Origin: Lingula anatina
Lineage: Eukaryota > Animalia > Brachiopoda
Direction: 5' to 3'
Assembly (NCBI GenBank): GCA_051362555.1
Contig: CM120640.1
Span: forward strand, 24,290,225 to 24,354,224
DNA length: 64,000 nucleotides
The position numbers and the translations under genes are program-made. How positions within the stretch are numbered: position 1 is the first letter of the stretch; each line of letters opens with the position of its first letter. The notes under the pieces were generated by a model. That model made no database searches, was not told the DNA's origin, and saw only the letters and a program-made list of their open reading frames with translations. This document shows, piece by piece, positions 13,408 through 24,212 of the stretch.

Positions 13408-15976
13408 ATGCCAGCAATCGAAGACGAGTCCGAGAAGCAACTGGCCGGTGTAAATACGCCAAAGGAAAGTTCGAACTCAATGCCGCAACCAAGACCTATC
13501 TCAGCGTACTTGATATTTCACACCATACTCATTGCGCTGGCTAGGTTAGGCATGGTGAGTACATGTTTTACTTACTCTTCACTCGATTTACTATGGAATG
13601 AATAGAGTCTCATTAAAGCAAATCTTAACTTGCCGCTTTGTCAGTTTCAGAAACGTAGCGAATTTATCCTAATCTCCTACAGGGTGTACATAGTTAAACG
13701 GACATGTAAGGTCAACGTAATTAAGCGCAACTATATGTGGTTCTAAGAAACCCGGATAATTTATTACAAGGATAAATATATATGTGTTCATTTCATATGA
13801 TTTTTAGACTTAAATGCAAGATGTTCATGTATCAATATCAAAGCGTAAGCTGTATTCTTATCTAATGTTTTCGTTGTTCGTGTTGCATTACATTGCCAGT
13901 AACATCCCTTAGCTCCTAAATTTATCAGTGTCAATTGCACTATCTCTTGTGCTCTGTGCTTACCTCGTAAGAAAGATAAAGGATCGCAATGTTTTGTTTA
14001 CTTGGATACTGTCATTTATTATTTTCGTTATCATTGACAGCGACGTGTTATTATTGACGGACGTGTGGCAGGTTACTGTTTGTTGCTATTCTAAGAAAAT
14101 GTAATGTAAAAAATCCTCGTTTCACGGGTTTATGACTCGCTTTTCATAGCGCAACCCCAGCATCAGGCCTACCCAACTACCGGGATCATTCAGTGCCGAT
14201 TCTGGTAGTTGGGTAGGCCTGCATGAGCATCTTTTTTTTTTGATTAATCTTTAGTCTACCAGTTTTTACCAAAATTTCTCGATTATAACAGCATATTTCA
14301 TTAAACTTTAAGATTTTCAGTTATAAGTTGTCAGCCAGCACTTTTTAGAATGGATTCTTATGATCAAATCAATCTTTAATTTAATCTTTAATTTAAATGT
14401 CACGTTCATAGAAAACATCATGGATTTAGCAGAATTTTATATTCTAGGGAGCGTATCTAGAAATTGCAGGTCCTTCACTACCTGTTATGAGATCGCGGAT
14501 TGGCACCAACTATGAAGGGATCTCCCAAGGGCTGATAGCTCGCAGTGTGGGGTACTTCATGGGCGCCATAGTTGGTGGGTTTATGAAGGATTACTTTTAC
14601 CGAAGTAATGACCTGCTTCTAGGAGTCGCCCTGCTTGTAGCCGCCATTGCCACAATTGTGGCTCCATGGAGCCGGTGGATATGGCTGTTTGGGATTATGC
14701 TTCATCTGCAAGGATGGTCGGAGGGAATTCTGGATACAGGTATACTCTTTGCAAATGTATAGCATGAATGAAGTAACTGTAAAAGAAACCCCTTGCGATG
14801 ATAAGGTCATGCGCACTGTATATTTTCCACCTTAAATGACGGATCCCATGAAGGCTTTTAAAACTCTGTCTCTATTCTCTTCCAGCCGGTGACGCTCTCG
14901 TATTAGCAATGTGGGGTGAAAAGGCGCCGGCACCAGTGCATTCTCTTCACTTGGCTTTTGGGATCGGAGCCTTGCTAGCTCCACAGATCGCCGCGCCGTT
15001 TCTTGGCCCTAACATTCCCAAGGACTCGGCAGGAAATGACAGCGGCAATGCAACCAGCTTACCAGCAATGCTAAATTCTACAACAAATGTGACTGTGGTC
15101 TATGATCCTTGGATTGATTCAACTATACAGTGGGCGTGGCTTATAATAGGCATCTTCGTTTTTATTGTGGGGGTGGTATTTGTGGCCCTCCATCTGATTG
15201 GTCCACCAAAGGGATACCAGGTAAAGAAACCAGACCAAGTTATATGGAAAGTTGTACATCCACGCGCGTGCACCAAAGGAAAAGCTACCTGGATTTTCTC
15301 CTCTGGCTTGCTCGTATTTTTATTCATGTTTTACATCATTATAGTAGGTGGAGAGAGGGTGTACAGTAAATATCTGTTCACCTTTGCCACGGAGGGCGTA
15401 GTTCCAAGTTTCTCAAATCAAGACGCGGCTTTTCTAGTCAGTGTGTTCTGGTTGTGTTTCACAGCTGGTCGTTTTACTGCTATGCTGACTGCCATAGTCT
15501 GTCCGCCATGGATCATGCTGTTAGTTGAGGCAGGGTTTAATATAGCAGTGGCAATCTTCCTCAATGTGTTTAGTCACACAGAACCACTGGCACTATGGGT
15601 GCTCTCAGGTGCGCTCGGATTCTTTTTATCGCCAGTGTTTCCAACGGGTGTGGCTTGGGCATCGAAGTACCTAATTCTTACTGGAATGGCCATGACAATG
15701 ATGTACATAGGTGCAGCTACCGGTGGATTTATATTTCAGTACTTGACTGGAGCACTGTTCGATATCTATGGTCCAGGGTGCATGATGGGCATCATCCTTG
15801 CCTATGCCATATTGATTTCCAGTGTCATTGTCGCGATGCAGGTGTATTCGGCTTGTCTTGGCAAGGCTGCCACTGAATTCACCGGGGAACAGCCTGAAGA
15901 ACATCCTCATTCACCTAGTGGAAATCATCCCTCGGTTAAATATGAAGTTCCACAGAATTTACAAGAAACACACTAG
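13408..15976 (+). CDS. MFS transporter, MFSD4 / sodium-dependent glucose transporter 1 (NAGLT1)-like, ~509 aa
   Basis: Exons 13408-13554, 14448-14739 and 14886-15976 join in frame with GT-AG introns. Many TM helices; family-like motifs GPSLP, RSVGYFMGAIVGG, GILDTAGDALVLAMWG, LHLAFGIGALLAPQIAAPFL, FWLCFTAGR, SPVFPTGVAW. Confidence 0.88.
14164..14221 (+). repeat. 58-nt hairpin (24-bp stem, 10-nt loop) in intron 1 of the MFS gene
   Basis: caggcctacccaactacc-gggatc / gattct-ggtagttgggtaggcctg: 18 perfect pairs plus 6 more, two of which are G-U on the + strand. Confidence 0.85.
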
Positions 15977-17007
15977 AATTGACATTTGATGAAACTACTT
16001 TGTATCGTGTGCCTCGTAGAAAACTGGCGGTCAACACGCTATTTAGATAGAATAGATTATGGTAGGGAAAAATACTAGTTTTTATTCGGATCAGAACGGC
16101 TTTATTTTTGATATGAAAAAAAAAAAGAATACCCATTTTTTGTATCTAATATATATCTAGTATTTCGAATCTTATCTATCAGGATAGGAAATGAAATTCT
16201 GAAATGATGAAAGCGCTAAAAAAGATGTAATAATATACAGGAACCTGGATTATACCGAGTTGAATGTTTTATATTTATTGTATCTTTTATAGGTCGAATG
16301 AAATAAATGATGATGCTAATAATCAAAGCATTCAAGTATATTGAAACAATTCATTCATTGTATCAATGTGTAATTGTAAGTTAAATTTTACACATTTTTA
16401 AATAAATATTATACATTTTAATTCATTTACAGTATTGTAATAAAAAATGTCATCTATTGTATATTTGCCTAACTAAGCTGTGATAAAAATGTATCCTTGT
16501 TCCCTCCTTGGCAAAATCCTGGACAGACAGTGGACGGTCGAAAAAAGTATTGTCCAAGAAACTACAGAACACTGGTTCCTGTATTGCGTATTTATAATTA
16601 TAATAATAAAAATAAATTTGTTACAATTGTCAGAGTGCAGTTAAAATATCTGTATTATTTTTAGCAAGAGTGAAAGTTTCGATCAAGTATGAAATCGTTT
16701 TTTCCTTCAAACATAAACTGTCACCTTTGTGCCGATGTATTTTTCTCGTACACAGCATTTTCATCTACAAGTCGTAGTAATTAAATAATCACCAACATCT
16801 GGTAATGAAAATAAATGAACTTTCCAGACAGCTGTAGATGATATTACTACCCAACATGTAGGCTACATATGTAAATTAACCATACCAGAGATTCTTCAGA
16901 ACTGAAAACAAGCTGTTGCCATACATAAAATACCTTGATCTACACAGCTTAACAGCAATTTCCAACTCCAGCTCTTGCAAAGACACGTCTCTCGTAAGCT
17001 TTAAGAC

Positions 17008-18036
17008 ATGTTTTGGATTTTATTCATCGCACACATTGGTTTTGTATTCTCTCAATGTGATCCGCGTTCCTGTACTCTACCTAGATGTCATTGCGCGGGG
17101 TACAACTCCCCGGGAGGTTTACAAACCCGTGATACGCCACAGATGGTGGTTCTTTCCTTTGATGATGCAGTGAACGATCACAATGTCGATTTTTACCGCC
17201 GCTTGTTCACGGCAAAACGACGGAACCCAAATGGCTGTCCAATCACTGGAACTTTCTATGTCTCTGACGAAGGCCGTACGGATTACAGTTATGTTCAAAG
17301 ATTGTATCAGAAAGGGCATTCTATCGCTACTCACAGCGAAACCCATCGTTACCCGGCGAGCTGGTGGGAAAAGGCCTCCTTAAGGAAATTGGCAATAGAA
17401 CTGGAAGGGCATAGAAGGAGTATGGCAAAACTTGCAAAGATACCTTACGAACATTTAATCGGAGCGAGAGTCCCGTTTCTTCAACAGTCGGGCGACAAAC
17501 TTTACACCGTTTTAGAATATTACGATTTTACGTTTGATTCCTCATTCTTAACAGGACCAACCAACAGGGATGAATTCCTGCACTATCTTCCAGTGTGGCC
17601 TTTCACGTTAGACTACCCCCCAGATCCCAGCTTCCATCCTTTCCTGTGTGATCTCCCTCCATGTCCAACCAAAAGCTATCCAGGTTTGTGGGAGGTTCCA
17701 GTCATACGGATGCTCGGACACACGGACATGTGCGCCATGGCGGACAGTTGTGAGATGAAGGATGAAATCGACACCGTGGAATACCTCAACATGAACTTCA
17801 AACGCCACTACGAAGGCAACCGCGCGCCCTTCATCCTTTCAATGCACGCAACATGGTTCACCAGATCTTCATTCACTTTTAACGCGGTTGAACGGTTTTT
17901 GGACAAACTTTTGGAACTCCCAGACGTCTGGGTAGTCAGCGTGGAGCAGGTGCTAGAGTGGATGCAGAGACCGACGCCTTTAAGTAAAATGAAAGACTTT
18001 GAGCCTTGGCTAGCCACACGTTGGTGTAAAAAGTAA
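17008..18036 (+). CDS. Secreted polysaccharide/chitin deacetylase-like protein (CE4, NodB homology), copy A, 342 aa, intronless
   Basis: Hydrophobic signal peptide; C-x4-CTLPRCHC N-terminus. CE4 motifs SFDDAV, HSETH, RVPF, DSS, SMHATWF, plus WPFTLD, GLWEVP and NFKRHYEGNRAPF typical of animal chitin deacetylase catalytic domains. Confidence 0.93.
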   Translation: MFWILFIAHIGFVFSQCDPRSCTLPRCHCAGYNSPGGLQTRDTPQMVVLSFDDAVNDHNVDFYRRLFTAKRRNPNGCPITGTFYVSDEGRTDYSYVQRLYQKGHSIATHSETHRYPASWWEKASLRKLAIELEGHRRSMAKLAKIPYEHLIGARVPFLQQSGDKLYTVLEYYDFTFDSSFLTGPTNRDEFLHYLPVWPFTLDYPPDPSFHPFLCDLPPCPTKSYPGLWEVPVIRMLGHTDMCAMADSCEMKDEIDTVEYLNMNFKRHYEGNRAPFILSMHATWFTRSSFTFNAVERFLDKLLELPDVWVVSVEQVLEWMQRPTPLSKMKDFEPWLATRWCKK

Positions 18037-19423
18037 AAAAGCTTTGATCTCAATGAGTACACAAAAAACCTTTGTATCAGATTGATTTTCGTTTTCCATT
18101 AGAGATCTTATATATATAATTCTATGATTATATGCGATGAAAATATTTCACAAAGTAAGTTGAGCTCTTTGTAATGGCCTCAATATTAATAATTTTTTTT
18201 GTTTTTATCCTGTATTACTTAACAGAAAATGATTTTAAAAAATATATATATATGCCTTGCCTATTATCTGTATTATTAAAACAAGTATCGTTTATTTTGT
18301 TAATAAATACCGAAAGATTAATGACCGTGTTTGTCATTATAAGCATGAAATGTGAATGTCTAAAGGCTGTAGTTATTTGTTTTAAGATATTTTCCCAGTG
18401 AAAGATTAAAAGATTGATCAACAAAACGCGTTATTGCATGTATAGTCTTAAATTTGATTATATAAACGCCAAATATGTTATTTGAGGGAAAGTATCCAAA
18501 AACAGAACATATTCCGAGTGAAATGGCTATTTACAAAAAATATCTTTGCCATGGCATTTTTACTGTTGCGTTTTAAAAATTGATTAAACGTGCTCACATT
18601 TGGAATATACGATCCACTTGAATACATTTTCAAAAGTGTGCAAATAGTACAATCACTTATAACTATTTACAAAGGCACATGTATCGAAAGCACTTATGAA
18701 CATTTACAAGGTACATGTATCGGATGCATACATGCAATTCCATAAAAAATTGACTTTATGGCTGTACGCTGCCCTTTGCACTAAATAATGGATCTTTCAT
18801 ATTGCAACATTGTATTGGTGACTTTCTTTCGTCGTAAAGAAAATCTTTTATTCGAAAATTTCCAAAGAAGTATACTTTACAGCAAGTGATAAACTGTCGC
18901 TAGTCCCAATATGACAACAAGGTATTTAAGTATTTTTATATTGTCATTTGGTCCAAATTTCGGTACACATTCAGTATTAGAATTGCAGATAATTTTATAA
19001 CACTTACTTTTAAAAAGCTGCAACGTAAGCAGGTGTTGCGTGGTAGAAGGCCGCTACTACATTTTTATAAATTTGGGTGGGGTAGAAGCAAGAATATAAA
19101 GCTTATGGTAGGCGCGGCGGACCGGGTCATTCGTAAAAAAACCCGAATTTCCCTTTATAGACTACGCTTTGAAAAAAAGTAGAAGTCCATCTGTTGACTT
19201 AATTCTGCATACTTGTTTGGTTACAGCATAGGCTGCCATCTGTACTTGGGACCTTGGTAACGCCCTCAGGCTGGCAGACCGACAGTGCAGGCCATATGTC
19301 ACGTCATTATTTCCTACGCCAGGTGTTCATACCAAGGAAGATATTCAAGACACTGAATATATATAATCCACCTTATCTCAAGTCACATATTTTTTCAAAC
19401 ATTTGTTTGGCCCATTACAGACA

Positions 19424-20500
19424 ATGTCTCTTTCAGAAGAGACTATATTTCGATTCCTACTGGTGACATCTATTCTGTCTGTTGGTGTTAGTTTCTACCA
19501 TTGTAGTCCCGACAACTGTAAGCTCCCAGAGTGTCAATGTCTGAGTTACGACCCTCCAAATGGACTAAATATTGCAGAGACTCCACAGTTCGTTCTGCTC
19601 AGCTTTGACGACGCAGTCACGCAGAACAATTTTAAGTTTTTCGCAGAAATATTTTCCGATGGACTTAAAAATCCGAACGACTGTCTGATCAGCGCAACTT
19701 TTTATGTTTCGGATGAACTGAACACAAATTATAAACTTGTAGAAACACTCTTTCAAGACGGTAATACCATAAGCAGCCATAGTTCAACACATAGGTTCCC
19801 ACAGAGTTGGTGGATCACAGCCTCGGAAACCCAACTGGCGGCAGAATTCGATGGCCAGAGAAGAGTGCTGGCACTACGAGGTCATATCCCTTACCAAAAA
19901 ATTATGGGGATGAGGATCCCGTTCCTTCAGCAGGGCGGGAACACCCCATACCGTATGGCGCAATCGTATCGATTTAAATATGACTCTTCATTTGTGACTG
20001 GACCGAATAATCACAGGGGATTTCTCAACTACAGGCCACCCTGGCCGTTCACACTCAATCACCAGCCGGGTCGGTCAGTGTTCCCATTCATATGTGACAT
20101 AGGACCGTGCCCCACGGAGTCTTTTCCTGGGCTCTGGGAAATTCCCCTTGTTCGCATGCTGGGTCCTAACGGACAAACCTGCGCGATGGCAGATGGCTGT
20201 AAAACAACCAGTGCGACAGAAACTTACGACTTTTTAATGAACAATTTTCAAAGACATTACAATGGAAATCGCGCGCCGTTTGGTATAAATCTGCATGCGA
20301 CATGGTTCGAACGCAACCCTCATGCCCTCCCAGCTTTAAGGCGGTTTCTACGTGAGATGTCCACTCACAAAGACGTGTGGGTTGTAGGAGCAGAGATGTT
20401 GATAGATTGGGCGAGAAATCCCATTCCAAACCGCGCCCTTTCGACTCACGTCCCATGGAAATACGCAAGAGGATGCCGTAGGGAATGCGACTGCAAATAA
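19424..20500 (+). CDS. Secreted polysaccharide/chitin deacetylase-like protein (CE4), copy B, 358 aa, intronless
   Basis: First true ATG is at 19424 (the ORF track starts at TTG 19403). Signal-like N-terminus; motifs SFDDAV, HSSTH, RIPF, YDSS, NLHATWF. Collinear paralogue of copy A. Confidence 0.93.
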   Translation: MSLSEETIFRFLLVTSILSVGVSFYHCSPDNCKLPECQCLSYDPPNGLNIAETPQFVLLSFDDAVTQNNFKFFAEIFSDGLKNPNDCLISATFYVSDELNTNYKLVETLFQDGNTISSHSSTHRFPQSWWITASETQLAAEFDGQRRVLALRGHIPYQKIMGMRIPFLQQGGNTPYRMAQSYRFKYDSSFVTGPNNHRGFLNYRPPWPFTLNHQPGRSVFPFICDIGPCPTESFPGLWEIPLVRMLGPNGQTCAMADGCKTTSATETYDFLMNNFQRHYNGNRAPFGINLHATWFERNPHALPALRRFLREMSTHKDVWVVGAEMLIDWARNPIPNRALSTHVPWKYARGCRRECDCK

Positions 20501-21654
20501 AAAAATTCCACGGCGACAAGTAATTTGGTTGTTCAAGACTTACTTTTCACGACTTGATGAAAATTTATCTCCTTTAAAACACTTGCAATATACGTTTCAA
20601 ATATGTATCTATTCAATTGGAAAAGAAACATTTGCGCCTCTGCAGGATAGGGCGATTTCCTAGGAATATTAGTATCAATAAATTTATAACTTGCATTGTC
20701 ACTATCGCAATTTATTAACTGAAAGTTTTTGGAACAATAACTCTATTGTGTGAGGATCGATTGGTAAATTCCAAATTCAAGAGTTTGGACTAAAAGTGGC
20801 ATTCTACGCTTTTGTTATGCTGGGTTCGACAGTTTTAAGGCCAAGCTTTTACAGTAAGAACAACTCATCCAAATCGTATATATTGCACATTGCCTTACAT
20901 TACAATGATAACCATAAGCATTGCAGATCTGCATAATTTATTTTATTAAAAATAACATTTCATATAAAATTAGGGCGATCTTGCATGTTCATTACGTCTT
21001 CTATACTCGTGTACTAATATGTTAAATGAGCACATTGTAAAACGAATATTAAACATTTGTATATAATAGGTTTCTTGGATATGTTCAAAGATATAAAAAT
21101 ATCTTGAGTTTCAAAATAAAAAACCTCCTCATCCAATAAAGGTTAATTACAGGAATTACAACACTAAATAACCATCATTGTTGATAAAAATATGGTATAG
21201 TAAATATGTGATCAAACTACCGTTTATAAACTAAGCATTATTCTGTAGATGGTGTGCAAAAAGCAGATTATATTCTTTAACCCTCCAGGTTTCTATATGG
21301 AATCTTTTATCTAAAACCTATATGTTATTAACATTATTTTGTGATAAAATATGACACAATGTAAAAATGCCTGGATCAAAACTATCCCTGAAATAACTAA
21401 AACAACAAAAAATTCAGGAAGCCTTATTCTGAACACAGTAAAAATGGACTAATAAGCATCCTCATGATGAAACAAAGTTACACCCTGAGTGGCAATTCAA
21501 ATAATATACTTTTTCATGTATAGCACAGTTTTCTTCAGAGCAATCAATCATTTACATGTCTTTTGCTCACCCCTTTTGGCAAGTTGAAATATTTGGTACA
21601 CTTTTTGCTGAAATTCTCATTTTTACATTTTACTTCTTTAATATCGCATTCACA

Positions 21655-21925
21655 AGTTGAGACATGGCTTTACAAATCCTGGAACTCAATATGGCGGACA
21701 TACATGAAAGAAAAACTGCCTAATCTTTTGATAGTCTCTCCGCCTCTCACAAGCCTCCCCATGCGTCGTCCCTGCGGGGGGTACAGTCATTAAATCTCGG
21801 CTCAATTGGGATGACACATGGGGAGGCGTGTGAGAGGTGGAGAGACTATTAAAAGATTACGCAGTTTTTCTTTCATGTACGTCCACCATATTTAGTTCCA
21901 GGATTTGTAAAGCCATGGCTCAACT
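21655..21925. repeat. Long inverted repeat (118-bp arms, 35-nt spacer), fold-back or MITE-like
   Basis: 21655-21772 versus the reverse complement of 21808-21925: 108/118 identical by hand with no gaps. Weaker similarity continues outward (atcgcatt / aatgcgat). Confidence 0.9.
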
Positions 21926-21976
21926 CGTTGTTAATGCGATCTAAGTAGAGTGCAAACGTTGGGTGAAATTCTTTTC

Positions 21977-23601
21977 TCATTGCCTGCGATTGGGCTTTTG
22001 ATTCTTGGGTATGTTGCACTGTTTGAAATAATTGTCTCTAAAGTTTTGGTTTTCATTTTTAACATCTTCAATAGACTGGCGAGTTTCATAATCTGAAAAA
22101 TGTTGAAAATTCCATTCTAATTGCTTAATGTGAGAAACTTGGCCTACAAAGTTCCAAGGCAATTGCGAGTTGTAATCTACATTTTTAGCAAAGTTCCAAT
22201 TAACCCCTGATGTCTCATAATCAGTCTGCTGTGAAAACCCCCAATTTAATGTGGATAATGATGGCACCTGTGGCAAGAATCTCCAGTTAACTTGACTTTC
22301 CTGAGAGAGCTGATGGACAAAGTTCCAGTTCACATTCCCTCTGGGTGACGTCTGCTGAGTAAAGTTCCATCTAACATTTCCATCTTTTATTTGCTTCTGG
22401 AACCCCCAGTCAATGGAGGATTGCTGAGGTACTTGCTGAGAAAAGCACCAGTTAACACTTCCATTCTCAGGCACTTGTTTCTGAAACCCCCACCTTACAG
22501 TTGTTGTTTCTGGGGTCTGCTGGTTGAAATTCCAATTTATTTTTGTCTCGGAAAGTGGAAGTTGTTTTGGAAAACCACTGTGATATCGTCGAAGAAGTTT
22601 TAGTTGATTTCTGAAAGCCCAATTTACAGTGCTAGAATTAGGGCACTGTTCCAAAAAAGACCAGTTTAATGGAGGTAGAGGAAGCTGTTTGGAAAATCCC
22701 CAATTTACAGATCCAGTTTTTGATGTTTGTTGGGCGAAATTCCACCTCAGGGAACTTATATCTGGCAACCGTTGGTCAAAATTCCAGGGAACAGTACTGG
22801 CTTCATGGGATTGTTTGGTGAAATTCCAGGAAACGTCTGGCAGCTGACCTGTGGCCTATCAATATATAAAGATTTAGTTAGAAATTTTCATTCAATATTA
22901 AAAGATTTAGTTAGAAATTTTCATTCAATATTAAAAGATTTAGTTAGAAATTTTCATTCAATATTAAAAGATAAAAGGAAATATGAACATTACTCACTGT
23001 ACTTATTAAGACAAAATAAAAAAAGTAAATTAAAATATGATCCTTATTATAAGTTACATAGACTCTATAGATTTGAAGTTCTTATGTCAGTATCTTGGGA
23101 GATAAACTAATACTTTACCAGCAAACATTTCACTGACTGTAGGAAGATGGAATATTAGCCAGTAGCGCATCAATTTAATTCCCAACATTCTGACAAAAAA
23201 ACTTCCACAATTCTATTGCAATTCCATGCTTGATGGTTCAACAATATACAGAATATAGATTCTACACTGAAAATATGATTGGTGAGCTGTAAGAATTTAG
23301 ACTAGATTGATTCATTCAATTCCTAGCTAAAATGAAATATAAAACTGAAAGTGATTCAACTGAAATGAAGACATTAAAGTATACACTACATTTTGTTGAT
23401 CTAGATCAAAATAAATGACAAAAAAGCTTACAATCAAAGCTTATTTACAACCTGTTCAAAATTCCAGCTGACAGGTGAAGACAACAATGTATCAATGGTA
23501 ATGTCCTCTAGGTCTGCATGCCCTTCATGTAAGTCTGCCACTGAATCAATTTCGTCATCATATGAGAATTCCTGTAGCTCTATTTGATGCATGTCTTTCA
23601 T
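21977..23601 (-). CDS. Uncharacterised ~342-aa protein: acidic N-terminus plus ~19 tandem 13-15-aa [VLI]-x-W-x-F-x-x-Q repeats
   Basis: Exon 23601-23452 (or -23449) reads MKDMHQ...PVSWNFEQ. It joins in phase 0 to exon 22855-21977 (ATGQLPDVSWNFTKQ...NRRQ*), and the 23452 junction keeps the 14-residue W-to-W spacing. The 879-nt open frame in AT-rich DNA has periodicity that is clear in protein but not in DNA. The N-terminal structure is uncertain. Confidence 0.75.
22868..22972. repeat. 33-bp tandem repeat, three exact copies plus a partial
   Basis: aaagatttagttagaaattttcattcaatatta at 22868, 22901 and 22934. It explains the KDLVRNFHSIL repeat in spurious ORF 22727..23110. Confidence 0.95.
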
Positions 23602-24212
23602 AAGGTGAGACCTCCCCAATCCAGGGTTATCTACAAACTGTACTTTTTAAACTTGGGTAAAGAACTGAAAAGGGAAAAATTGGAAATTTTTGAGCAATAC
23701 AAACTTTAAGCTGTGCATGTTATTCCTATAATACCCCAATCCTTGGACAAATCATTTGTATTCTTTGGCCAAGCCCCATCTAATTGCAATTGATGCAATA
23801 CTCTGTGCTACCATTTTATATCAGCATTTAAAATAAAATAGATAACAATGAAATAGGACACAGCCTCTCAGCCAACACTTCAATAAAATAGTCTTTTAAT
23901 TATTAAGTATATTATTGGATATTAATTAAAATCAATTATAGTTATAAGCTTCTTCCTCAGTAACTTACTTCAATTTTCTTTTAACATAATATTGTTCACT
24001 GTACAACTTCAAGCTTCTGGTTGCAATTTTACTTTAAATAAACTATTATTATTATTATTATTATTATTATTCTTCTAAAAAAGTACAGGTACATACAGAT
24101 GGAAGTTGTAAGCATATATTCAAATGCAAAGAAAGGAAACACACTGTATATTTACGAATATGAAATATCACAACAATCAAGGTTTAAATGTCTGTTGGTT
24201 TACATGTCACTA

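Noticed and set aside
17008-20500. Bacterial horizontal transfer or contamination as the origin of the intronless deacetylases
   Set aside because: The Cys pattern and the WPFTLD, GLWEVP and NRAPF motifs are those of animal chitin deacetylases, and the flanks resemble host AT-rich DNA.
21545-21645. Minus-strand peptide IKEVKCKNENF...NLPK resembling the orphan protein C-terminus IEDVKNENQNF...NIPK
   Set aside because: The match is short and AT-rich, with an in-frame stop just upstream; by eye it cannot be told from chance.
21000-21976. SECIS element supporting selenocysteine at the TGA at 23434
   Set aside because: No convincing AUGA..AA..GA kink-turn stem was found; the hairpin present is a long near-perfect fold-back.
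22868-22972. CRISPR-like array
   Set aside because: The units are contiguous with no spacers, there are no cas genes, and the context is a eukaryotic intron.
22727-23110. 127-aa + strand ORF with a KDLVRNFHSIL repeat
   Set aside because: It is a by-product of the 33-bp DNA tandem repeat and of antisense reading of the W-x-F exon.
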